From positions 1 through 37,260 of the forward strand of contig MU619427.1 of assembly GCA_025201805.1 (NCBI GenBank): a DNA stretch of 37,260 nt, in the 5' to 3' direction. The stretch's first letter is position 1. The number at the start of each line of letters is the position of its first letter. The stretch is from Parasitella parasitica NRRL 2501. Lineage: Eukaryota > Fungi > Mucoromycota. A program made the translations under genes and the position numbers. The notes beneath the pieces were generated by a model. It was not told the origin of the DNA, searched no databases, and saw only the letters and a list, made by a program, of their open reading frames with translations. Below, one piece after another: positions 1 through 11,547 of this stretch.

Positions 1-1099
1 AGCGTCATCCATCCTAATGGTGCCGTCTCTAGCTTATATCTTATATAGTATAAATCTGTATTGCACATCTTATTATCTGTGCGCATATGTAGTTTATATC
101 AATTTAAGGTAACTGGATGAATCTAGAAGTGGAATTCAGATCATCATGGTGAATGTATTTCACATATACATTATATTTTTTTGACAGCTGCTTTCAAGTA
201 TAGACCCTTTTTCTGTTTTAGGACATGTTTCATGTTCCTACATCGAAATCAAAACTTGATCTGCAACTGTTTTTTTTACCTCTTTTTTGTATGTCGCAAC
301 TCTTGGCTAGCAACAATGATCAAAAGATCGCATGCATTATAGCCTTTTATTTTTACTTTGTATATCATTGTATTTAATAAACATAAATTTTCGCCTAATC
401 AACCGCGCTATTTTCTTTTTGGTGTGTGCCGTAAATTAGTTATTGTTAAGTTACCAAAAAAGGAAGCACGTGATATGAGAAGATACACAAAAGATGTAGT
501 CTCTCCAAGAACTCGGTACCTGAGACATTGAAAGTAGAAGTTGATCTTCAAATAAACATTGAGCTTTTCTTCCGTAATTTGCTTTATTATTATTTTTTGC
601 CTATTTCAATTGAAGAAAAGATCAGAAACACAATAAACCTTCAGGAACAATGACTCTGTTGTATCCATAGAATACCATGGCTACCACTATCTCAACTCAG
701 TTGTCATGGCAACCGTTCCTGATCGGATCTAAGGTTAAATGGCATCGATTATTTTATCTAGTAAATAGAAGTATTCAATAGAATGTCGTATAAGAAACCA
801 TCTATTTGGGTTCTACTTATTCTGAATTGCGAAGCTCAACTTATCGATGAATGATTCACATTCATAACGATTAGCTGATTAAATATAGAAATAGGTCTTG
901 CTCTGACTACTACTGTGTTATAATCTTGTTTGACAAGTAAATGTCAAACATGACCTAATTGTATTTTATAGATTGATTCAGATTGATTTATTCTAATATA
1001 AATAAACAGCTTCTTGTCAATCAATAAATTAATAGTTTTGTATCTGGGAAATTAAGTCTTTATTACTTTCTTATATTCTTTATATCACATACAATCACC

Positions 1100-1750
1100 T
1101 GCTGTGCTCATTTTCAAGACCTGGCACAACATACTCAAATCAAATACGAATATCCTTTGTACAAACATTCTGTCTCGGCAATTTGAACATAGGAGAACAA
1201 ATTGCTTCATAAAAAAAACCAGCTCATTTCACCATTAGGATGGATGACGCTATAGACTGATACTTATATCTCGATACGGGCCTTAGACATTTACTAAATC
1301 TAGTGTATGCTACTGTTATGAAATGGCACCTATTATATGGCACCAAAATTACAATGAAATAAAATGCAGATGGATCATGGCTGATCCATCCTAGAAAGAA
1401 ATACATGAAAAGCACAAGTAAAAATTAACAAGTGTTGGTAGAAGCTTGCACTCCTGATCAAAGTACAATCTCCTACAACCCTGGCACATGCTAATGTTGA
1501 ACAACGCTGCTCATAATCACAAATAAACAAATTCCAAACATGTATAAACAATGCAATTGTTTTAACAATTGCAATAATTCTAGATGCCAGAAATAGCTTG
1601 TTTATTACACAATAAGGAAAGCTCAGTCGCATTAGAAATAATCAGGATCCTCATATATTACAATCCTGCCCAAAACAATAGTATCAATTTCAATACCAAC
1701 ATATCGAAATCTCAACTACAATACAAGTGAGAGAATGTCAACAAAAGTCA
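1100..1750 (+). mobile_element. Highly degenerate DIRS-like retrotransposon RT/RNase H remnant
   Basis: No intact ORF. Scattered peptide fragments occur in RT-to-RNaseH order across shifting frames: NCFIKK..HF (cf. LN.FI...HFKME), GP*TFTK (cf. APR.FTK), GSWLIHPRK (cf. LGW.IN.EKS), INN...TIAIILDARN and ILQ...FQYQHI (cf. DIRS RNase H SINxxEL.TI.FAL.LHA and YQHIPG). Eyeballed similarity only. Confidence 0.35.
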
Positions 1751-1920
1751 TTCTTCAAATAAGCTGTAAAATAAGCATTCTCACTGTAGTGAGGCAATTT
1801 TACAAGTAGTATAAATACAAGCTCTCTTAAAGAGCATATACCTTTTCTTGAGTTTTTCTTTTAATCGAAAATAAAGGGGGAAATGATGTATCAATTCTAA
1901 AACCGGATGTCAATATAATA

Positions 1921-2139
1921 TAAACTCATACTGAAGAGTAAAACATCAGATCATAAAATAATATGACATGACATTTGGGATAGATACAATCTACCCTATC
2001 TCCCGGATCTCATCACTAAAACCTTTATCCTCACATCGCTTCCCTCAGTTCATGGAAAGTATATAAACCCTCTATTTTTGAATGTAATAAACGGATCTTT
2101 ACCTGATTAATTTCTACTTGAACTTTTCTGATAAATCAG
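1921..2139 (+). repeat. LTR/terminal-repeat-like element, copy 1 (inverted relative to 35795-36010)
   Basis: Hand alignment to the reverse complement of 35795-36010 gives roughly 85-90% identity, including an exact 34-nt run ATACTGAAGAGTAAAACATCAGATCATAAAATAA. Contains TATATAAA followed by AATAAA. Confidence 0.92.
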
Positions 2140-5100
2140 GAAAGACTATAATTGTATTTCTCTGGCTTTATTTTTTACTTTTTTTTATTTTCACATAAAA
2201 TTGATCCCAATTTTATTGCAGAAGCCATTCAAAAGGGTAAAAATCAACTCTGGTTTTTGCAATTATCTCTCTCAAAAATTGGTATTTTTCGACTAAACAA
2301 AAACCATTCCGTAGCTAAGTGTTATAGATCAGTATAAACTGATCATCACATAAAAAGAATCTCCGTAAATTGTATCAATATGAACTTCAAATTACCCAGA
2401 ATATTCCACAAAGATTACAATCGTCAAGACCAGGCTAGCATGGATTTAAGAAGACGTAATCCAATATCAAGAACAAATAGAAACAACTCCAACACTCGTC
2501 AAATCCGCCATTGGTTATCTCTTTATCAATCCTCGCTGCCAAAACGTCCTGGATGAATAATCCAATATAATTTAGCTTCATATCCATAATCATTTACCCT
2601 TGGAAAACTAGTATAAAAAGATAGTTTTTAATTGACATTTTGATGGGCTTCATCTAAAAAATAAATAACAGTTTTAAAAAGTATTTTTTTTACATATTTT
2701 TTACTAGTAATTTCACACTAAGTTATAGCTCTATGTTTTTAGTTCTATAATATGTATCTTTGTATACCATTTATTGCTCTGAATGCTATGAAAATAAATC
2801 AAGCCTCTGCTAAAAACATATGAAAAAATATTTCTTCGACATTTCTATCTAAAAACTTATATATCTAGTAGAGAATTAAGTTTCAAAAAGATTTTGATAA
2901 TAACTCAAGCCAAAGTGTCTTAGTAGTTTGTTGGGAAACAGGCTGACCAAATTTACCGTAAAAAGACAAAACTGGCTGAAGCTTGCCGAATTCAAGCTAC
3001 ACTACGACATGCTTATTACCAGTAGATGTATCAAAGTTTGCTTTATTACTTTACTTAGAAACTTGAACTTGATTTAATTGCAAAATTGGTTACTTGTTAT
3101 AGGGACGTATGCTGTAAAATTTGAAAAAATCTGCAAAATTTGCTTTTGGGAATACCTTGACAGCAAAGATAGATACTGAGAATCGAAAGACGTAGTGAGG
3201 TAAAGCTATCATACCAGTATTTGGATGTATACTTGCCTTGGACCCCAAATCCGTACTTAAAAATGATCCTGAAGGTTGACCCTGTTGTGTCAGTGTTAAA
3301 GGGTGCAGCGTAACGTTATGTAAATATGATTTGTATAAAGCAATAAAGACTTTTCTGAATAAAACCAGATACAAAACTGAAGACTTTTATTGACATAAGA
3401 TATGATCTCTATTTATACTAAAATATATCCCAATCAATGTTTATCCACATAACATCTGATGTTTGACAGGAAGTGTCAAACCGTATTAAATCACAGCATT
3501 TCGAGGAGAGACCTATTCTTCTATTTCACATTAAAGAGAAGATTGGGTAGGATTTCTTCACAACATCCCACGATTTGATCTTGATATTTTCTTTGAATTA
3601 GCCTGGAACCTTGCAAGAGGTCAATTACAAATTGTAGCTTATTACTTATTTGTAAAAGAATTACCAACAATTAATATCATGATGCGTAGTACATTATAAC
3701 TAAGTTAAATATGACATATATAGCCTTTATATGGATACAACATTCATGTGGATTTGTTTTTCGATTAACTGTGAAGTATAGATGACAAAAAAATCAGTTT
3801 ACTGACAGAGTAACGCTGAAAAGAGAGACGTTTGATCTAATTAGTTTTTTTTTACCTATAATCTTAAAATGTCAGTTAAACTCTATTTAGTAAGTTGGTT
3901 TGACATAACACACATCAGTTCCTGTTTAATGAGCAAGATCAGATACTAGTGATTTGTGAGCTATGGCATGTTTTCATTATATGTGAAGTAGCTGGAAATA
4001 TGCTAAGGTGGTTATACAAAGCTCAATAGCTATTAATTTTGATCACTTTATTTATCGTGTATGCTGTGGCTTTTCCTCATACTCTATCATAGTATTCTAG
4101 CTCTTGTAAGCTGTATAATACCGAAGATACAGTCCAACGATGCGTGATGAACTACGAAATGTATTCCTTCTTCTGCTTGATTTGACAAAACGTGTAGAAG
4201 ATAGCAAGAGAATCCTTTATAGTTCAATATGTATAATCAAAATATTTAATTTTTACAATTTTTTTTGTAGCCTTGGCAGAACAAAGCGCTTGTAAAAGTA
4301 TACTTTATTTTAATGTGTTTGATGTTTGGGTATTTTTACATTTAACATGTGTAATGAACAGTATATGTAATTAGGGTATCGTGTTATGCGGTTATAGATG
4401 CAGTATGCATGTAATGGCTTAGAATAAAACAAGTAGTAAAGCCCCATCAAGATTTAGAACAGGAAAATTCATGACTAAATTGAAAAGTGTCAACACCGCA
4501 AATAGGGCAGAATTCGAAATCATGGGAGCCATCCGTATTTTTTGAACGATTGACGTTATAAATGGTTGATAAAATTGTCGAAAAGTTCATTGGATTTAAT
4601 TACTTTGAGTGTATATTTTAGAAAACGAACAAAAGAAAACGAAGTGAAGTATTTAACCTGTTGTATTTATATTCAGCATTTGGCGACTTTCTAAATTTAA
4701 CATTGTGCATATATCACAATACGTACAAGACAACTAGTGATTGTACTGCGGATAAACCCTTTTTCATCGTTGTAAACTGTTGATGAACAATGTTTTCCCT
4801 TTCAAAACAATAGGCCGCAAGTCAATCCCGAAAATGGCTGCTTGTATGTGGTAAAATGCAGCCCCGTTTGCTCTAAAACTTCCACGTTTGCAAAGTTTAC
4901 TGCGAAATTGATTTGCTCCCGTTCAAGGGGTACTACTTTTGTATAAAAATGCTACCATGCACAAGTAAAATTGTACGGTTTCAAACGAAATACACTATAA
5001 ATAGAGTTATTTTTGTGCTCACAGACGGTAAGCCCAATGTTAAATTGTAAAATATTAAATTATCACTCAATGGTGCCATAAAACGAATACCGTGCCATTT

Positions 5101-6339
5101 GACCAATGAGTCACGCTTACCTTATCTCCTTTGTATACACATTACAATATTCAATGAAAGACATTGATCCATTCAAGGCCACATTCTGAAAAAGCTTATT
5201 TGGCGCCGTTAAATTAGCTGATATGTCGTGATGTGTCCTTTACCTTTCATTTGCTCGATCTCTGTTTTACGAAGATAAATGCAAACTTCGTTAAATGGTT
5301 CGCTATATGTGCTGAACCACATTTGCACTGATTTCTTAAAATAGCATTGAAGCGTGCCTCTGGCAACCTTGCCAAGCATACATCTACCATCTATGCCCTA
5401 TTTGATTCTTGCTGCGGCTGATATTATGGCTCATTTGTGGTGCCTTGTTGCCTCTGCGCCTCTACTTTGCTACGGTTTATTTACAGTTGAAGTTTGCCAG
5501 TAATTCGATAAAACAAGATTTTGGAATTTTTAAAACAGACGGCAAGCTGTATTAGCATGCGGAGAAAAGCTTAGGAATACGAAAGCTTGCTCAAAATTCA
5601 AATTCGTGTAGTATATATTTATAAAATGTTGGAGATGTCTAGGAAGAAATTGTGATGAAAAACATTTCACATTTTGCCTCGTAGAGCGCTAGATGCTAAT
5701 TTAACACCACGGCTGGTATGTTGATCCGCGATTCGAATTGAAAATGACAAAGAAATGAGGCTGTATTATTGAGAGGAGGGACATCTTGTTGTCATCCGAA
5801 AGTAGTGTAACGTTCACTAAACATTTAATAAAAGGCTAATATTTATCTCGCAGATGAACAACAGTGCGCACCCAAGGAGTCTTAGAGACTACTAGCCTTT
5901 TTCTATTTACAACGCATTCCATTAAGCGAAGTATACAGTTGTATTTGTTCCTAAAGAATGATAAAAAGTGAGAAATAATTATGTGGTATATATAACGAGT
6001 TTAGAGCGATACCATATGGCAACTACTTGTTATCTGTCAATGCGAATATTAATATAAACCAAGATATGCTTGATTTTATTCTATTTTATTATACGTTAAA
6101 TGGCCTTTTCAAGTTATTTTAGCATGATAGCATTGCTATCCTTGGGTCCTCTGCCTTTAATTAATCCTACTTTATTGCTAATAAAGCAAACCTAATTGCA
6201 AATGATTCAAAATTGAGTCAGCCTGATTATTGAAACAACTGGATTTAAGAAGCGAAATCAGTGGTATTAAAGAGAAAATATGGAAATATGATTTTTTTTT
6301 TCATATATTCTTTTTCTGTAACAATATAATTCTTAAATC

Positions 6340-7457
6340 ATGGTCAAGGTTACTGTATGTGGTGCTGCAGGTGGCATTGGTCAACCTCTTTCTCTCTTAT
6401 TAAAGCAATCAAATCTTATTTCTCATCTCGCTTTATATGATATCGTAAATGCTCATGGTGTTGCTGCAGACCTTAGGTAACGTTACAGTCTCTTCTTTTT
6501 AAGAAGCAAAGAGATTAAAACTTTAGATTGCCTTATTTTTAGCCACGTCGACACTAGTAGCAAGGTTACTGGGCATGTAGGTCCCCTTGAATTAGAAGAA
6601 GCCCTCCAAAACGCAGATATTGGTAATTTTAGCCTTGATAAATATGCCGGAAACTGTCTCGTCAACACTATTTGTTTGTAGTTGTCATTCCAGCCGGTGT
6701 ACCCAGAAAACCAGGTATGTCCAGAGACGATCTCTTCAAAATCAATGCTGGAATTGTCAGAGATCTTGCAGTTGCAGCAGCAAAGTATGCTCCTAATGCT
6801 TTGATGTGCATCATCTCAAATCCTGTCAATTCAACAGTCGCCGTCGTTGCCGAAGTCTTCAAGAAATACAACGTTTATAATCCTCGCAAAATATTTGGTG
6901 TCACCACCTTGGATCTTGTTCGTTCATCCACATTTTTATCAGAGTGTTTAGGCGCAAATCCTAGACAAGCGAATGTGGTCGTCGTAGGTGGCCACAGCGG
7001 TGTTACTATCATCCCTCTTTTATCTCAAGTTCCTGGCACAGATAAACTATCTGAAAAACAGCTAGAGGATCTCACTAAACGTATCCAATTTGCCGGTGAT
7101 GAAGTTGTGAAAGCCAAGAACGGTGCTGGCAGTGCCACTTTGTCAATGGCCTATGCTGGTAGTCGTTTCACTCTTAACCTGGTGGAATCAGTCTTTAATG
7201 GAGTTACGCGGGTTGAATGTGCTTATGTTAATCTTGCTTCTGACCCCGAGGGCGCCCAGTCAGTTCATCGCATTGCTGGTGAGGAGATAGAGTACTTTTC
7301 TGTTCCTCTGGAGTTTGGGCGTGATGGCATTCAACGTATTCTGCCTATTGGAAAGATGTCTAGATTCGAATATAAACTCTTGACTAGTGCGATTCCCGAG
7401 CTGAAGAGCAATATCGTCAAGGGCGTTTCATTTATTACGGATGATTCCAAGTTGTAA
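6340..7457 (+). CDS. MDH: NAD-dependent malate dehydrogenase, predicted peroxisomal/glyoxysomal (exons 6340-6476, 6543-6622, 6682-7457)
   Basis: Spliced protein starts [22 protein letters not shown] (Rossmann GAAGGIG) and contains [36 protein letters not shown] and [10 protein letters not shown]. Two GT-AG introns keep the frame. No mitochondrial presequence; C-terminal -SKL. Confidence 0.97.
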
Positions 7458-7554
7458 ATCAAAAAAAAGTTGGATAATTGCATCGAAACAACGGCAAAGT
7501 GTATACAACTAGCAAATTTTAATACGTATCTGTTGGGCTTTTATTTATTTGTAC

Positions 7555-7557
<3 letters not shown>

Positions 7558-7598
<41 letters not shown>
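7558..7598. repeat. Poly(T) tract (~41 nt) downstream of MDH
   Basis: Uninterrupted T homopolymer seen directly. Confidence 0.9.
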
Positions 7599-8065
7599 CA
7601 TTATTAATTAACTTAATAAAGAAAGTGCTACGGTAAACCACCATGCCTTTTGGCCATTTCTCGTTCTCATTCTCTTTTTACAATGTTGTTCAAAGCCAAG
7701 ACATATCCTACGGGTATTACAACATCTCTTTTTAACATTAGACTCGTACCCCAGCATCACCCATCAGCTATCAACTGCGTGGCTTCGATGAAATGAGACA
7801 AAATGATCAGTCTGTGAATGTTCTTGCTCAAACAGCGTTAAGCCCGCTGTTTGTAATTCGTATCGAACTTGGTATTAACAAAACTAAATGCACTACCCTT
7901 TGATTCCAATCATTCTCCCATTCGAGAAATGAACTATGAAGGAGCTATGGGTAGTCTATCAAGCGGAATCATGCTACATCCGTGATCAGTAAAAAGTGAC
8001 CACTGTACTCATATGGAATGAAGCTGGGGGCGCGTGAAATTGGCCTTTTCTTTTTCAAGTCAAAT

Positions 8066-8893
8066 ATGCCCATCACCAAGAAAGAAAAACAATTGTTAGA
8101 CTCACATAGAGAGATATTATGGCTCAAACGACAAATCGAGACGCTAGAGCAAGAAGAAAAAGCAGACATAGAGCTCGAAAAATACGTTATCCCTCCGAAT
8201 GCGACAGAAGATCACATTGAAGAAAGCATCCAAGAAACAAAGCATAAATTAGACCAGCTAAAGGATAATTATGACATGCTCTGTCAGTTCAACAGGAGCA
8301 AAGAAGCCCTTGTAAAGTCAGTCGACAACCAGTATTTTACCATGGAAGCTCTCTATCCAAAATTGACGGACCATGTCACAATGGAGATAAAGAAGGCAAC
8401 AGAAGAGCAAATCAATAAGCGTGATATGCATGTGGTGCAATTTATGAAGACAATGGCTGAACTAAACAAGAACAAGGCACAGTTGACAGAGATACAACAA
8501 AAGATTATGAGGCAACATGAAAAAAACGCTGAAATTTCAGCCCAAGTGGACAGCTTGAAATCAAGCGAGTCAAAACGCAATGTTAACCCTGAAGCCATGG
8601 AATTACTGCAGGCGTGAGTAGTCTTAGTTTAGACATAGAAGGAGGAGAATAAGGGGATAATTAATTGACAATCTTTATACAGAATGGATGCTAAGAAGAC
8701 TCAAATTTTACTTGTACGCGGTGTTTTGAATGTAAGGGTCCTTTTTTACATGTGTACTAGTTCTTTAATTGACATGTTTAAAAAATAAAAAAATAAGGGC
8801 ATCATGCTAGAGAGTGGCATTGCGTGGGACGAAGACGAGCGATGGTTAAACACAATGCTTCGTATAGGAGAGACTTTACCGACATTTGAGTAA
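8066..8893 (+). CDS. CENPH: Centromere protein H-like (CENP-H/Fta3/Mcm16 family) coiled-coil kinetochore protein (exons 8066-8613, 8683-8731, 8798-8893)
   Basis: Long coiled-coil exon, then two small exons giving ...LLVRGVLNGIMLESGIAWDEDERWLNTML. This resembles the CENP-H C-terminal signature (I/L)xxSG(V/I)xWxxD. Splice phases are consistent. Confidence 0.75.
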
Positions 8894-8967
8894 TAGGGGT
8901 AAAAAGGGTATTTGTATAAAATATGTGTAATAATAATAAAGTGATAATGCAGGCGAGAATTGTACGA

Positions 8968-10465
8968 TTATTTTAGAGTAATAGTTTGTATATTGTTATC
9001 GTTTTTAGTTGTAGACGAATCCAGCGTCCAAATCGAGGGAGATGATGGGTGTGGTTCAGGAGTATTTGGGCCAGTAGTACATAGTGATGCATCGGATAGA
9101 TAAACGTCTCCTTCATCTTCCTCCTCTTCTGTGTCTTCGTCCTCCTCGCCCTCTTTGTGGATACTGCTTGGTGGAGTAGCTTTCCCAATTTGATTTGGGT
9201 CCAGACCTAGATCATCCATTACGACAGGTAGTGCGCCCACACTATGCAAGAAATGTCAGTATCGAGATCATTCATCCTGGGCTGCCGTGCACTTACCGAG
9301 AGTAAAACATTTGCAATCGTAACCTAATGTTTTCTGTGTATAAATCCTCGATTGTTCTATCGGAATATAGTCCCATCTGAATATTTCGTATGAACACAAA
9401 GAATTCGCAAACGGCAACAAGACGATCTCGGCAATATTGATCTATTGGCAGCCAGTTTTCATTTTCGTCCAATTTGAATCGATAATTCAACAATACCGAT
9501 TTACTATTTCCTGGATCAGCGGTTCTTCCACATGCCGAGCATGCATTGGAAACAACGATGTTTCGAGTAGTGCTTGAGTTGCTGCTGAATCGTTCCCATA
9601 TGGGCTTGCTTTGCTGTGCTTGGACGGGCATGATTGGGGGTGTAGCGTTCATGTTGAACGAAGTAATGTGTTCAATGAAACAGGGCTGTCTCGACAGATA
9701 GTCAATCATTTTTTTTATGGATAATTTTGATTGAGGGCCAAATCTAAGGCATGGCTCAATGTCTTCTGATAAACAATGCTTCATAAATTGTGTTTGATTC
9801 AGCTTTTTGACTGAGAGCGACTGCTTTGAAGCAGCAATTGTATAGTCGCAAAAGACTTGCAACTGAGCACTGTCAAGTGCAGATCCTTCTTTTTTAATCG
9901 TATGGTTTGATGTTGATGGAGTAGGTGGCATAGAAATGGTGCGCGGTTGTTGTTGTTGTTGTTGTTGTTGAGATGGATCTTCTTTTTCGTGCTTTATGAC
10001 ATGGTTTGCACTGTCACGGTTTAATCCATGCAGTTCTTCTAAATCTAACTGTGCTCGCATATTAGAACAGCTCTTCTTCTTCATTCGGCTTTGGTATTGC
10101 TGTAAATCCACGGTTTCATCATCGGCAGTTGTCAATTTAAGCCGTAACTCGTGCAGTTGAGTTTGTTCGGCCAAGAGATGTTCCTGAGTTTGTTTCAACT
10201 CATTTTCCACCTGCCAGCGTGCTCTCTTCTCTATTGCTACCATCGCATTTGCTTCTTCGAATAGCTTTCTACTGAGGTCTTCTAGTTCGTGCTCTACCAT
10301 GTCTTTTTCATGCTGGACATTGCCAACTCGCTCAATTTCTGCGACATATTTTTGATTTAATGTTTGTATATCTAATTCAAGTCGCTGCAGCTGGTGATTT
10401 TTTGCATTTAGTTCTTGCTTTAAGGAAAGGATGAGTTCGTCTGAATGACAATGATGGCAGTTCAT
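8968..10465 (-). CDS. SEC2: Sec2/Rabin8-like Rab GDP/GTP exchange factor (exons 10465-9297, 9241-8968)
   Basis: Sec2p coiled-coil motif EHELEDLSRKLFEEANAMVA; C-terminal region EDIEPCLRF, CSACG, CRDRLVAVCEFFVFIRNI and LRLQMFYSR|VGA across a GTAAGT...TAG intron at 9242-9296. Confidence 0.9.
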
Positions 10466-11547
10466 ATCTATTTTGTTGTTTTAAGGAAAGAAAGGAATAA
10501 CAATATCAAAATAGCACAAACAAGATAATTAAACAAAAAACAAAAATTAGTCGGGACAAACATTTTAGGGAGCAACACAAGTTTATTAAAAGATCATCAT
10601 GATAAATTTCAATGAATTACAGTGTATATCGACAGAATAACCGATTTATTTCTTCAAAGTAAAGTTTAATTTGCTCTAAATTACCCTCAAACAGCATGCT
10701 TCGATAATAATCCCGATGCCCCACGGTATCAAATTGAATGTTATTTGCTAGTTTTGTCTTGCTGGTGTCCTATGCAATGAAATGCAGGAAAGTATCTATA
10801 TCTAGCAAACATTGATATGCAATGTATGAATTGGTATTTTTCATTGTTAGTCTTGATAATATATTGGCATTGTTTAAATTAAACGGACCAATTTAAATGG
10901 GCAAAACGTTTAGTTCAAAAAAGCTAACGTGAGAGAGAGAGAGAGAAGAAAAAAACATAGACAACTAGGCCGCATGCCAAACTCCAATATGGTAGACTTT
11001 CAACGCTGTTAAGTCGTATCTAGCGAGTTGAAAATCTTTTAATGCAACTTGTCTCTTTTTTCTTTTTAGTAACAGCCTTTCTTTATGCTACACAGCTATG
11101 ATAATAATAATAACAATAAAGGGGTGATTAAACAAAATCAAAAAAAGGGAGAGAGTAGCAACAGAGGACTTTATTTAGCATTGTTGTCAAACACGTTACT
11201 TTTTGGTTTATTTCCTTATTCTTATGGCTGTCAAGATATTTGTAGCTATACAACAATAGAGACTTGATCTCGTTAATTTGTCTACTGCTGTAACGTCATT
11301 ATGACTGTAGGGCAATAATTTGTGAAAAATATTCTAAATTTAAATACATCTTTTGCCAAATGTTTACTGTTCTCAAGCTGATTTTGATAGAGCCTTTAAT
11401 TGAGTACGAGCAAATTAGAGTAGTGATACTCACAAACAGCAAACTACGGAAAATATTATTAATGTCTCATTTAATTCAAACTACTATTGCATGCTTAAAT
11501 TCTTTATGAGTTTTTTTTATTTTATTCAATGTCTTTTCTATTTGCTT

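Noticed and set aside
1-6300. Long AT-rich gene-free stretch as a possible Mucorales centromere
   Set aside because: No intact Grem-LINE1-like ORF or recognisable centromeric motif; decayed TE sequence explains it as well.
7558-7598. Poly(T) as a minus-strand retroposon tail
   Set aside because: No flanking TSD or element body could be identified.
7643-7950. Exon-like fragments and a 9-bp hairpin (7829-7853) between MDH and the CENP-H-like gene
   Set aside because: No consistent spliced ORF; a single short hairpin is expected by chance.
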